From: Tubulanus polymorphus
Taxonomy: Eukaryota > Animalia > Nemertea
Reading direction: 5' to 3'
DNA length: 64,000 bases
NCBI RefSeq assembly: GCF_964204645.1
Contig: NC_134027.1
Coordinates: forward strand, 9,146,485 to 9,210,484
Shown here: positions 37,737 through 52,700 of the stretch, in pieces
How the letters are laid out: the number at the start of each line of letters is the position of its first letter
Position numbering within the stretch: position 1 is the first letter of the stretch
Translations under genes and position numbers: made by a program
Notes under the pieces: model-generated
Told to the model about the DNA's origin: nothing
What the model saw: only the letters and a program-made list of their open reading frames with translations
Databases searched by the model: none

Positions 37737-40700
37737 CTACACACTCGTCGGATTTGTATATTCGTCTAAACTAATCACGACCCGCTTTCCGTTTATGTTC
37801 GGCGTAGAAGGTACGGAGTCCGTGCACGTAGTTAGTTGGTCTTCAGTCCGAGTTATCACTTCGCACATCGTGGCTATCTTCCGAGCCAGGATCGTGTTGC
37901 CGAACTTTAAGTTCTTTTGTTTCAGTAATTCCAACTTCATATGTATATTAAAAAACTCATCCTGAAATCAGACACAAAAAAATCGAACGAGTTCTAAAAA
38001 TCGTAAGCTTATGTTTATGATGATAGTGATAAATTTTAATAATGATATCAATGATGATAATTGAAAGTGCCCTTCAAAATTTCTTGTCAACAAAGCGTTC
38101 CATGGTGATAATCATGTAACATTCTTTCCGGACCTCTCCCACTAGAGCGATTAGTGACTCGTTTTTGATGGACTAAATGCCCCAGGCGAGGGTCCAGGGA
38201 GTGTTTTGGGTGCTAGAACACCCTTCCTTTCCTTCGTATTATTCATTTTCAGTTTTCCAATGCTAAATTTCAAAGTACACGGTACATTTTGAATCATGAG
38301 ATGAACAAGCAGTGAACAAAAACTCTCGGAACGCGTGAAATTTAGACAAACTTTTCAAAACTTTCTGTAGGATGACCAGGAGAGCACCTCCACTTTGAAA
38401 ATCCTGGATCCGCCCCTGTGCCCCTAGGCAAAAGAAGCTATTTTGCAATCATGCGTGGGCGTGTACCCGAGACTTCGAAATTCGGTTTGAGATACCTGTA
38501 GCTCTTTCTCTATCGAATTGCAGTATTCATGGTCGTCCATTTTTTTATCCGGTGCAGCGCCCGCCGTTGTTACAGTGCTTAGTACGGTAGACGTGGGTAC
38601 GCCTTTCGGAGCTGCCATGTACTTTGAGCCACGGCTGATTGTTGTTTGCGCTTGTTCTTTGTATCTATTTTTATAAACAACATACGCTTGAAAAGCCTAC
38701 AATGAACGATAAACAAAAACATGGTTGCAACTTTTACGATTAAATCGAACTGGATAACGGACATTAGCATTAGGAATCCATGGTTCTAATCAACCCTTAT
38801 TTGTCGTTCGGAAGTATGGGGTTCCGGAGGTGACACGGAGAAAATATTTTTCTCGTGGGAATGAAATAATCATTTCGTTCGAACGAAATCAGTTTCGTGG
38901 AGGCAAAATTATTCTTTTTGTGGGAAAGAAATTTTTTCGCCAACCCCGAGAATTTGCCCCTTGAAAAAACATTATGTTATCACTTTATTTCGTTTGACCA
39001 AATGAGAATTATGCAATAATTTGGTCATCTTAATATACATACGAGGTTAGTAACATAGATAGATTCATGAATTTTAGTTAGTCATGAAGTTGGTATGACT
39101 GCCAAATGGCTCTAATCTCCAGAGTAATCTGTTTGACCACCTCAATGGCTACGTGGGGACCTCTGCGGATACGAATTGACTATGATATTGATGAAACACT
39201 ATTCCGTGTTGTAACGATATATAGAAAATCCTACACTCATATAACGGAAAATTAAGTCCGAAAAGTATCCTTTCAGCTATAAATTCATTCATTGATCGAA
39301 CGTTTAGATCATAATCTAATAGTCATCTTCCTGAAGATGACTACGAATTGCCGACGAATAGACTAGCACGTTGTCCATCCTTTGAAAACTATTTGAGAGA
39401 ATTGTTTTGCTCCCACGAAAAAGATTACGTCTGAAAGAAAACATTTCGTTCGTACGAAAAGGTTATTTTGTTCCCACGCAAAAAAAGCTTTTTCGCCATA
39501 TTACCTCCAGGGCTTCGTACGGAAGATACTTAGAATCGCTATATATGAATATATGTACATATAATGTACTTACTTTACTGCCGAATAAGAAGGCTAATGT
39601 GACAGTAGTGGTTAACTGAGTATGCAGGAAGAGCACGAGATAAAGAAGATCTGGATTGGAAGGTGATTGTAAAAATAACCTGAAAATCATTCATAAACAG
39701 TGTTGCAGTTAGTTTTTGCAGGGCGGAAGGAGGAAACATTATTGCACGGGTGATCACAAACTATTGTGTCAAAATGAAATGTAAAAACCCTGGTTTTATA
39801 AACTGGTATTGCCTTTAACCCCAGGGCTAACACAATTGATAATGAATTGAGTTAGCCCCCGGGTTAAATGTAATACCAGTCTATGAAACCTTTTGGGTAA
39901 GGAAACAACCGATAAATACTTTATTTTCTGGGAATCAAACCCAATAAAGCAAATTCTAGTTTACAGCCAGGGTTAATTAAGTGAAAGACCCACAAAAAAC
40001 TAGGAGAATCTGACGGTTCGACTCATATCTATGAGCCTTTTCAAAATCAGATTTTGGTACGACTGCCATACAAATGGCTACATTTCGACTAAGATCTGTG
40101 ATTCTTTCCCAGTTTTTTCGATCTTATTATGGGTTTTTCACTTCATTGATATCAGACAGTCACTTTTCCTGCCAGGGTTAAGTTCCTATTTTCTTAAACT
40201 TTTAGTATAAGCCGCTGATTATAATAAGTTTTGCACTCTGTACCCATAAGGGAGCAAGTTTACTTACATTGATATATTTAAAAATAGCGATAGTAGAAAT
40301 TCGTTATATATAGCCCAGCTTATGAAGCGACTTTCGTTGAATTCCGAAGGAGCTTTTCTAACGACGATACAAAGCCGAATGCCCCATAGTAGCAAAAACA
40401 ATTCCGCTGAAACGACGATAATAAAAAGCGAGTTACTCCGATGAAATATCGTATATTGACGTTGACCCGGAGGGATATTGACTTGGCTGTCACTCTCGCT
40501 CAGTTTCAACACAAATGATGGGCTTCCGCTTCCTGACTGAGGGAAGTATCAGATAACCAAACAAACTTGTGGTTTGTTGCGAGTGCCGCACTGACGGCGT
40601 TACAAGCTTCCCCTAGTGGCTGGTTTTGCAGACGAGATACGAATCCCCCATACGAAGGTATATGGTACGTGGCTTTACCTATTGCGGCGCAGTAATCCCA

Positions 40701-43700
40701 TACATCAAATGAGCATTGGAAGGCTTTTAACCCACTGGAATGTTTACCTGCAATGTAAATTCTAAAAAACTAGAACTAGACGTAAACAACGACAATTGTA
40801 ACACGGAAACAACGTTCATTTTTCGATATTGCAACTAAAATCAGGCCGGCGGATCCAGGGTCAAAGGAAAGGGGGTGACTGTCCACTTTCGAAATTTTGG
40901 GCCATTTCTGAGCTCGGCTGCAATTTCGTTGTTCACATACACAATTGTCTTATTTAATTATCCTTTATTCGAAAATTGAATTACGTAAGAATGTGATAAC
41001 AGGATAATGCAACTTAAGTCGGTGTGATTTTTTAGATCTAGATTTTTATTTTGATAAAATAGCAAATTGCCACAAGAAAATGTTGGTATTTTTTCAGTTG
41101 GTCAATCATGATGTTGATCTTTCTTCAGAAAATATTCAGTCCGGAATATTTGAGGATGGAAACTTTAAGGGACCTCGAATTCTAGGGGAGGTGTTCGGTC
41201 CCCGTGGACACTACTGGAACGCCACTGAAATTCCCCTAAAACATCCCCGTTCATTTTCACACTCGTCATTCTTTGCTCGAAGTTCGCAGCGGGCGCATGC
41301 GTCGGCTTACCCTGAATAACCTTCGGTCGGCCGACCACCGTTCTGACGGACATCCACGCACAGAACAGGAACGTTATGAACGCTAATCTCTTTATAAGAT
41401 CGGTGTCCGATATTTTGATGCGCTGCGCCGATTTCACCCTGAATACCATGGAGATTCTACAAAAATGAAAAACGATCGCGGGTGTGTCAAAAGAAAAGAT
41501 TTTCATAGCTTTTGCAGCTGCTATGATGCGGGGTTTTGCGAGAAGCGATTTTCAACTGTAAATATTTTATGTTATAAGTTTTTGCGTGAAGTTTCTCTCT
41601 TCGAGCACCGGCGGCGGTGGCAGTAGACTTAGCAAAAACTGCGTATAATTCGTCGCCTTTTCTAATTGATGCGGTGGATGCGCGGAAGCCTCCGGAACAG
41701 GTGCAATTCAAGGTGTTTTAGAATTCAGTCTAAATACACAAAATATCAGAAAATACATTCCATCAATTGGAACACTGATAAAAATTTATCATCAACAATT
41801 ATCAAATTATGGATGGCTATCTTTGGATTGTAGGTCTACTAATCATCTATGTTTCTTGAAGCTTATTTTTGAAATAGAAAGAAGACACTTAAACCTATAC
41901 GAAAGAAATCTTTTTCGTCTACGTTGACTTTTACCTCCATGTTTTAAGCAACAAAGCACCATAGGATATTGAAAAGCCTATTTCACGTAACCACAACCGC
42001 AATGAACACGTGATTTCAGTCGGTTCGAAGTAACTAACTATCATCTGAAACGAGAAATCCCGAGAAAAATGCACTTCCAAAAAGTCTAGTGGGATTGCTA
42101 AAAAAATCGACAGAGCTCATTTCTCATTGGACGACTGATTAACAAAAAAACGCAACCAAACTTACCGGACTGTATAAAAGCATCGCTCCTAACAGTATTA
42201 TCTTTAATAAAACTGGACTAGCTGCCTTGAGAACCTGCAAATATAATGTTTATTCGGTAACGACATTTTCTCGAAAGAGGTGTCCAATAATCTAATTCAA
42301 GAAACGTCTGCGTCGCTTGGCACTGCGCAGTTCTGTTTGTCTAGGTGGGCATTTTTTGTTGAGTTGCAACCACCGACTTGAATAACTTAATTATATATAT
42401 CCTGTAGTGCCTAGTTCTGAGAGCAAACGACCAGTTGGTATAGGGGGCCACTTAAAAATCCGATAGAAAATAACAAAATGATAATACATGTGATATCAGG
42501 CTAAGGAAGTTGATACCTTGTTTCTCCAATGCTGAGATTAAAAGTTGACCCGGCCAGCCACCTATCTGCCCTATATATATATATATATAACTTTTTGTGA
42601 TTTTTAGAAAATCATGACCAAGCGAAACAATTACAAACCCAGTATCTATAGAAATGAACTGATTACAAATTTCATTGCGGTTTACAAAAGTTACTCAGCC
42701 GATTAGGAGAAAAAATGCATCATTTTTTATCCTTACTATTCATAAGTTTCGATGATTCATTTGAATGATAAATAGATAAATCTGATATACATAAAACGCC
42801 CAGAAAACACATATTAGAATCGGCTCCGCGGGACCAACATACAGCATCATTCACTTGTCTATAAATCGTTACGTGAAAAGTGCATTTTCCTACATCGTTC
42901 CTTTTTCGTTTGAAATTCCTGTGCGGTGCCCGTTAGAGAGTCGACGTTTCCATGTCGAAGTGTCGACCTGTCAGCAGTCCTACCCACGGCCTTGATTAAT
43001 TACGACCCAAGACCTGTCACTGGTTTTCCGTTTCGACAACAGTGTCAGAAGGCTAATTACGACACGGCGTTGATCCGAGTCGTCTGTCACGTTTGAATCA
43101 GGCGCTTTCTGTTCCAACCCTTACATCTTCGCTCACTAAAATCAGACATGTCCTTCGATGTACTATTTCAAACGGTCCTAGTCAGTCGAAGTCCACGAAG
43201 GCATCAATGCAGAAGAACGATTTTGATTTGTGAGAATGTTTAGGATTAAGGTTAGGGTCAGGGCCAGCAGCCCAGGTGATTCACCACTTAATCCGTCAAT
43301 ATTGTTGAGGGCATCTGACATCGGGGCCTCTGATTCTATGACACCCGCCCTGATCTCTGTTGTGGAAAAATATCGCTGATTAGGCGTAAATTGTGATTTC
43401 TTTATTTTTTTTTGGGGGGGGGGGGAAATCATGTTTTAATGACTTAAACAATTAAATATCCATGAAATAAGTTGATGTTTGAATACATTTTATCTAACTT
43501 CATATAACGTCTGCAGAAATTCAATAGAAGCCATACTCGGAATAACGTATCAGCTTTTTGAGAAGCTGCAATGTATTCTGTCGAAACTTGTTTGAACAAT
43601 TCATCGCTTTGATGCAGCAGTTTCCCGGAAACTTGTCTGCACACGCTATGAGACGACAGACTTAAAAATTGGCCGAATATCAGATTGATATGATGACGAA

Positions 43701-46700
43701 ATCAATTTCTGACATCAGGAAATCGTTGCAAATGTCAGGCGTATTTGAGTTACCGCCAAGTAAATATTACAGGACAGTAATTGTATCATGAAGTCAATTA
43801 TATTGTCTCTACGGCGAAGTAACGAAATTATATCTAATTTCATCACGACTCTGCAGAGGAGTTGAACAGACGACCTTCTCGAAACAACATTGGCAAAATT
43901 GGCCAAAAGATAGAATCCCCGATAGATTGAATCCATCTCATTGTCCTTTTAATATTCAAACTGCGATTATAGCGTAAATAATCCTGGGAAATTGGAAAAT
44001 TTCGAATCAACATCGAGGCGGCAAAGCTGGAATTCTTAAACGACGAGTGATATCCTTCGAGACACATATCCAATCGCGTCGATATTTCAATTCACGCTCA
44101 CGCGGTTATTCGCCGGAACAAAACAGTCGGGAACAATGACGTATAATTTGAAACTCGCTAACTAAACAATGCTGTTCAAATCGAGCGAGTTTGTTTCGCT
44201 TCACCCAACGTTACAGAGTATCCTTTCTTAGACATAAATCTGTTAAATTGGCCAATTTCAATTGGGTTCAGAGGACCAAACATTATGTATTTATCTATTC
44301 TCACGATGATAACGAAAGATAGTCATCTTCAGGAATACTGAGGGGGATACCGAACGTATTCGTGAAGATGACTATTAGATTATTAAAGTCGAAAAGTCAA
44401 ATAAACTACCAGCTCAGGGACACATCTTCGGACTTAATTTTTCCGGTATTATTGTGGTATGTTCTTTGCAATATCGTCACATCACGGATATAGTGTTTCA
44501 TGGCTGGTTATTGTGTTTTCTTTTGTTGTAATTAAACTGTAAGGTGAGGCTGACTGTGTGAGAAAAACAATGGACGCCAAGCTAGCTTTATAAAGCTTTG
44601 TTATATGATCGCTAAATATTGATTGTCACCCTGTCCATTTGATGAATCTTAGAAAGTCTTCCCGACACTTCTTTGAAGTTTTCGATCTTAGTCAAATTGA
44701 TTTAATTTGTCAACGCATTGTAGTTTGATTTCTTTAATAATTGAGCCAGTTTTTACTTTTAGATTTTACAGCACGTTCTGTTACGCATATAGGACAAGCT
44801 GTAACAGTTCTCTTTCTCTGGGATTGGAACAAACATAGCCTTGGAACAAACATGTGCGGGGGCCGGGCAGACTCATTATGAAAATCACGAGGCAATTTTT
44901 AGAATGTCAACCTGATTTTTTAGTTGTTGTTGCGCATCGAGAGGAAATGTCGACTGTTCAGAGGAAAAACTAGCACAGTACAATTTACCAATCATCTATC
45001 ATTCGTCGATATATTTTGTTTCATGGTTAATACTACATGATTGCACGTAATGTCGTAAATAAGGGGCAACTCCTTGGCCCACGTCCAGCAGAAAATATGG
45101 CGCGCATATCCGGTTGCTTGTCGTAAAATTGATGTAAATAATGGATTTTGTAAACGAGGGAAAAGATTTACGTTTACTGTCTGTTTTTATGTCAAGCCGT
45201 AGCTCCGGCGATTATTCTTTCCCCGTGGATTCGCGTCGCTTCCGTCCACCATCGGTCACACGAATTGTCACGTGACGAATGACGTTGATCGATCGTCAGC
45301 GCCTCGGCGGTGTAGACATCCGATGATTCCACCGGGAGAAGATCATCTGTAGTATAATGAACGGCGAGGTGACAATAGGGAACCGCGACCTCAGCTATCC
45401 CGCCAGATGGCGTGACGAGCCACTCAGTCTTGTAAATAGTATGTTGTAGATAACGTTTGTTATCTTTCAAAGTGCTTTTATCTACTGTTTTTGTAAATAA
45501 TTGTAAATACGGTACGGTTTTTCCTCCATATACCATGAGAATGGTTGGAGTGTAATAAATATTCGTATTCGCATTCGTATTCTTGTGTGGTCAAAATTAG
45601 AATCAAAATGAACTTTGAACTGAATTTGTAGGCTCCCGAACCCATATAGGACCCATCATATCGAATTAATTTTCCCTACTCAGATATCTCTTAAGTATTC
45701 ATGAATAATTGAATTATCAAAAAAGTCCATTCAGTTTTAATTGAAATGTGGAAGAAATCGAACGCGAAAGACCGAGTAACAATTAGCGAACCTGGTGGAT
45801 CCTCGCCTGCCATAAGTGGAATTTTCGATCGCCACAGGAGGTCGTGTTCCCAATTTCATCCGGTCACCGGCAAGCGGATGTTTTGTTACTCCAAAGTATA
45901 TAGCATGTGACGGTTTAAAGTTTCATTGTGAGTGAGCAATCTGCAGTTCGATAAGATCTCGGACCATGCGAGTGCTAGATTTGTGATAATGACAAAATCT
46001 GGTAATGAATGGTCTTCTTTTTTATATTGCCTTCATATTGCCTTCATACGGTGGGGCAGCAGCGCAATTCCATTCAATATGCATGTAAAGGGAAATTCTT
46101 TTCAGTTATATCACATTTTTATTTTCCCATCAGACATGTGACTGGTAAGGGGTGTGCCAATAATGAATGAAAACTATTTTATTGGCAGAGAATATTCTGT
46201 ACAGAATATGAAAACAGTGGACCGCATTTACGTCTCCATTGCCCAAAAACGTATGTTTTTTATAAGTAACAAAACAAGAGAAAAAAAGATTGTCCACAGT
46301 ACATTACCTTGATCTCCCTGTAGGCCCAAACGAACCACATAATGACGGGTATACCAGACATCATCGCGCACGTTATTCCCAACAGTATGCTTCTTTGTAG
46401 CCAGTCTAACGATATGATACACGGCGAGTCGTCAACGCATTCGTCGCAACCCAAGGCACACGGAAAACAGTCGAAATATTCCAAGTATCTATTCTCTAAA
46501 TTCTGCAATTATCATTAGCATAAACGATAAGACCAGCCAAATATTATTATTGTTCTGTGTACAATCTTACTCATTAGTTTCGAAATTTGATTATCGGTAT
46601 CTGGAAATATATGCCTCCTATTGTCACTGGATGTTGTGATTAAATAGATACGTACGTTTAAGTACCTGAATAGATACTCAATCTGGATGCATACCTTCGA

Positions 46701-49700
46701 GTGCTTTTCGAATTCTATTTCAATTTCGGTTCCGTTAAAATAATCCAAACCGGCAGAAGGGTCAGGAAAGTAGTAACCCATTTTGCAGATGCATTTGTAC
46801 GATCCTCTTCTGAATCCGAGACCAGGCACTGGCTCACACTGAATTGAGAAGAAAAATAATAATAGTAAAAATAATAATGACAATGATAATGATGATAGTA
46901 AAATTTGTATAGCGCGATAATTCCATGCGAAAAAAAGCAAAGTTCAAATGCTCCTCCAGGGTAACGTCGCGGTATGTATGAAATAGTTGAGTTTTGATCA
47001 TGGATCTAAATTCATTCAGCGTCAAATTGAGAACAGTGGGTGTAGAAATCATGGTATTCCAGTAAAATGAAAGGTATGTATTTTTTGAAAAAATGATTTT
47101 GATGTCTATGACTCACATGATGATAGATTCGTAGAGGAGCCTCTACCGGGTGCAGAAAACAACGAGGCGAGTAGTACTTAACTATTTTATTTGACGCACG
47201 AGCTTTCGCTTCTATTAAAGCTACTACCCGGTATACACTAGTTGCGAAAACTCGTGCGTCGAATAAAATAGTTAACCAGTAAAGCACTACTTGTCTCGTT
47301 GTATTCTTGATAATAATTTTAATAATGATAATGATGATGATGATAATAAAAAATGAATTGTCATTATAGCGTAAGGCTCTTTATAAAAGTGGTCAAATGC
47401 GCGCCTCTAGAAATTGTATGTAGCTATCACGGAATAGAACTGTTTTTAGTATCTGCTTGAATGACTCACAAGACACAGACATCGGATCCGGTATGTCCGC
47501 AAGAAGGTTATTCCGCAGTCTAGAATCATATGTGGCGAGTGCTCTAACATCATATGAAGCGGAAAATAGGAACAACCAGACTCTCCTGATTTGAACGTCT
47601 GACAGGTATATTAATACTTACCATAGTCGTTTCCTTTTTGCACTTCGCCGATCCGGCAAACACATTCGGCGTCGAGTCACCACCTTCGTGAGGGCACTGG
47701 TCGATATCAACCTTCTGCAGGTCGATATCAATACCGCTTGTACCCCTTTTTGAAAAGAAAAGCAACTGAGAATGAGAACAACTTCGACGACTAAGTATTG
47801 AGAATATTTCTGTTGATCTCATTGAAAGGAGCGGGTTTCATAAGGTCACACGAATGAGTATATGCGTCATGCCTAATCATTTCTGCACTATAAGGCGAGT
47901 GCAAATTAGAAAGGAATTATCAAAGTCATATCCGTGGCTCGAAGGCATCTTTTATGCTTCAGCCCGAAATAACACGCTCGATCTGATGTTGGTGCCTATT
48001 TTTATCGCGCTCGTCAAGGAAAGAACATCGTGGAAGTTTTTTTTAACGGCTTCCGTTTTACTAATAAAGCATTCCTCATCAATCACGCGTGGCGGAGAAT
48101 CACCGATCAAATACGAGTCTCTCTCTCTCACACGACTTGGTAAACGTTATAAACAACGCGACGGCCATCGTGAAATGCGCAATAAAAAGGGGACAACATC
48201 ATATCGGCTTCGTTCTAAAGTCTGTCGAATCTATTTCGAGCCGTGAAAACCGGTGATTTGTGAAGCGAAAAGCCGCAACGATGGGTAATAAACTCGACAT
48301 GAAAGAATTACGACAAATAATCTAAATTCCATTAATTCTAACGATAGCGTTTTTCTTTTTTTGTTGAAAACTTCGGAAAGACATCTGAAATCGATTTGTT
48401 GGTTTGGCATTGACACGAACTCTATACTTCTCAGTGTATATCGTGTTTACGTTTTAATGATTGGCCAATTACGATTTCACGTGTGCTTTTCAATAAACAG
48501 ACGAGTTGCGCGTTATTCTTCTAGTTCGGGTAACTTTAGAGAACCAAAGGGGATTGCCGGCATATCGGCTAAACACGCGCGTGTCCCGGTAGAGCTTCAT
48601 TTACTACGTCGTTGATGTTTTTTAATTTGTCGCATCCGACAAGCTGTCATTTCGAGCACGAGCCAGCGTGAAGTTGACGCAATTATGCTCCATCTGCGCC
48701 ACACGCTCGAAATTGCGGTTTGGCGGCGTGTATGGATTTCATCCTTTGTTGTGAAACCGTGTCTTCGATTCATAGAAAAACTCGAACAGATTTTCGTATG
48801 ACTCAAGGCCGAATGGCCGCCCTTAGTTACGATACGTCTTAAAAACTTTTTTGCATAATCGATGAGTTACCGTTGTTGAAGTAATATTTCTAGTGTAATT
48901 TAGAATCATACAGGTCATGGTGGCGTTGAACAGGGATGAACCTTGGGCAACTTATGTCTTTTTTGACGCCGTAAAAAACGTTATTATAATTTTTATATAC
49001 ATGGATACCTAGTATGCACTATTTAAGAGATTCTGTTTGAAGTGAGTGTACTCACTACGTCATCAATATTCGCGTTTCGAAATAACATTTCAATAATGTG
49101 AATTTTGGCGTTCATATTGTTTCCCTTATTTTTGATAAATTTTGAAAATTATTTGAGAGAATGTGTTCTACGCCATCAATATGTTGGGCTAGACTGGTTG
49201 CCGTACAATTCAATTCAATTATCGATACATTCAAATCCAAAATATCTTAATTGATTCTTGATATTATAAAGTGTGTATCTTATTATTCATTGTCGATAAT
49301 ATTAAGCGATATTATTCTTCAAGGCGTCAATAAACTTTTAAGTTAGTTTTCTTTTTTGTATCTGTTTTTGTCAGTCAAACGTCAAACGTCCGTTGTTTTA
49401 CGTTCTGATCATTGGTAGCTTTGTTACTTGTCTTGCTCTGTTACAACCTGTTACAACGGCTGCCGAATCTAAGGAATGTTTTTGTGAACGAACAAAAACA
49501 AATATTTGACTTACTTGAATTTGTAATTCTTATGCGCGTCGTAACCGAAAAACGGAACAGTGTACGTCATCATCCAGATGTTTCCGCCACCGCAGTCGAA
49601 ATAGGGCAAACTCCAGTGACCATCTTCGTAGCGAACGGACAAGCTGACGACCTCTCGCAGAGGACCTTGGTAGGACTCATTCACCCGTAGCAGCTCTTCA

Positions 49701-52700
49701 CCTAACAATGAAAATACAAATTGCGGTTTTTTTTAATACGTCAGCACCTTAGTCCCCATAACCTTATGTGCAGGACTTCGTGTCATATTCTATATTCATA
49801 TACTGTTTATTTATTTGACATTACATCTTTAGACAGAATAAGGGTTGAAGCAACCACCCGAAATACTTCTATATTTCAATAAACTTTTCAGTCCTTCAAT
49901 TATTGTGGGAATTTACATCCTGTGATTCTGTATAATATCGTGATGAATCTTTATCAATAACGCTTTCTTCAATTTCTTTTGAGCTATCTTCCTTAGCGCG
50001 GTAGAAGACGGATGGATAACGTTGGATTATATTACCAAGAGCAAAGAAGCCAGAAGCAATACGCGTAAACCAAGTTCTTTCTTTTTGCATCTACTACCTT
50101 CACTTGTTCTCGCGAAGTTGAGAAAGAAAGTTCCGTTACAGTTTTGTTTTTTTGTGATACGTAATTTCTCTAGTCGGATCAAATTGGATAGGTCATTTTA
50201 GTGCCTATCGCTTATAAAAAAGAATATGTGTACTTGTATTCTTTCTTTCACTGTCCCTCTCGCTTATTGGACATAGAATAAAGATCTATATCATCATATA
50301 TATTACTACGATAGTTGTAGTTATTACATCCGAGCTATTTAGCAAATCAAATCCGTTATCAGTTTCAAAAGTTCGGGCTTAAGTTTGTTGCTAATGAAAA
50401 GTTCATTACCGCCTGCTCTTGCCACGAAATGTGATACGAAACGTGATTTTCAATTTTAACGTCCATCGATTACAAATAATTATTCATATCCTAGATGGCG
50501 TGACTATTATCTTTCTATCCACGCATCCGCTGCCGATTCATGTTGTTTATTCGTAAAGCGTTGTTCCGGGGGACACGGTGTCTGAAGCATTCAGTCGTTC
50601 AATACAATTTTAATCAAACGGAATGAATTCTTCGGTCGGTATTAGATGCACGCAGATAGTCGCTCATGAGGTGTTGGTATCACACGGCAAATTGATAAAC
50701 TCCTCTTAAAGTCACCCCTGGTTAACAATTTTTTCACCACAATTGAAAATACAAAAGTCACCCCATGTCGATAAAATGGACCAAATCAATTCAATGGGCA
50801 TTAGCATCTCTTTGAATTGGATTTTTTAGGCTTTTTGATTCATTTTTCTACTCAGATATCGGTATAGTTCATTAATATAATTGATTTGTTTAAGAAAAAG
50901 TTCATTCAGTTTTAATTGAAATGTTAAAGAACGCGGGCGACCGAGTTACTACTAACGGCCCTGGTGGATCCTCGCCTGCCATACGTGGAATCATCGATTG
51001 CCACAGAAACACTCTATTTTGCCTCACTGGAAATGGCGCCAATGATACAGTGGTTACATTCACGCGGTAGCCTACAATGGCATTCTTATTAGGTCGTAAT
51101 AGGTTTGCCAAGAGATGAATTGACGGGTTGGGAGCAATCGCCTCGTTCGGCTTATCGAAAAGTTCTTTTTCCCATGCATATAGTATACAGAACGCGCCGT
51201 CATAGATCGACGCACAAAGTGATATGCTGGCAACAAGTCTATGGTCAAGCTAATAGCAATAAGTTACGCGGTACAACAGCATCGGGGTTCTTTTTTTGTC
51301 GACCGGACTTGTTTGCCTCACGCTGATTGGGAAATGTAGACAGATTGTTTTTGTGGAGATTTAGTCGGCTATGATGTATCGGCTTGTCAGCGCAGTTACA
51401 GGCGAATCAACGGATAGGATTTGTCAGTGTCGGGCTACTGTAACCGTGATAAAGTAGCCGGCATCTGGCTCGTGTCATCTCTTGCATTGGGTTCTGCTGC
51501 CAAAAGCACGCAGAACGGCGCTGATTTAGTGCTAGATCAGTGCGAATCGAATACGTGTTTTATATCAGCTATCGCAAGGGCATCGTAGCAATAGATTTCA
51601 AGAATCTCTGCCGACGTAGGGACTGTCTAAACTTGACGCCTCGAAGCTTCGTCGGCCTCGGATAGGAACGATAAATGTGATAAAACACGAGGAACAATCA
51701 GTTTGGTGAAATTGTCCGATAAAAATATGTTTACAGGAAGTGCGATAAAAGATGAGGCGGATTCAGTCACAGTTGAATCAGACGATCGTCGTAATACAGC
51801 ATCACACGCGAATCACTGATCAGCAAATGACACACACTTTGGATAACATGCGTTGATTTGATAAAACTTGTGTTGTACCCACTCCAAAAAATAGGTAAAG
51901 GCCGATTTTTCATATTTCAACGAGGTATTTGCGGGCATTATCGCTTTCCGACTGCCATTTCGTCGTGCAAGGATAACGTTCCAAATGTTGTTGGAATGTA
52001 ACTTTTGGATGGGTATGATCAAACCAAGTTAAAAACATAGGCAGTCGCTTGCCGGTTCAGACTGTTTGGATGATCGTTTGAATAAACCGTAACCGAAATT
52101 TATAGTTATGTACTTCGATTTAAACAAAAAATTCTGTAAATTCGACCGCCGATCACACAACTGTACTTCGATTTCCGATTTCAAAATCAGACCCGTTGTT
52201 TTGCTCCCGGCATTTGTGTTGAGTTTGTAAGAGACACCGAATCAAAACAAATCAAACGAAATCTACCGATCTAATAAATAAACGGGTCAATCCCTATTTT
52301 AAGTTTAAAAAAAACAGACTGACAAGGCTAGCAATGCTATTTGGTTGAATTTAGGGTGTAGACCTACTCGAAGTTTTCATACAAATAATGAGCAATTGAA
52401 ATTGTAATTGAATTGTAATTGAAATTGAAATCTATTTTCATTTATAGAATGTTACATTATTGGACGATATTACAAATGTAAAAAAAATGTAACAGGATAT
52501 TGGGGCTATATGGAGAGACTGGAACAGTTTATCTAGGCCGTATCACCCATTCATCGCACTCACGCACCATGCACACAAGTGATAAACAAATGTATAGAAA
52601 CAGAAAATGTTTATACATTTTAAACTTTAATAGAATTTATGAAGAAGGTTTAACGAATTGATATAAGTACGCTTGTAGGCAGGTTCGCTTTGCAATGATC

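Noticed and set aside
43444-44073. Three adjacent minus-strand ORFs that could be a decayed transposase or pseudogene
   Set aside because: No motif I can recognise with confidence; needs BLASTX/HMMER.
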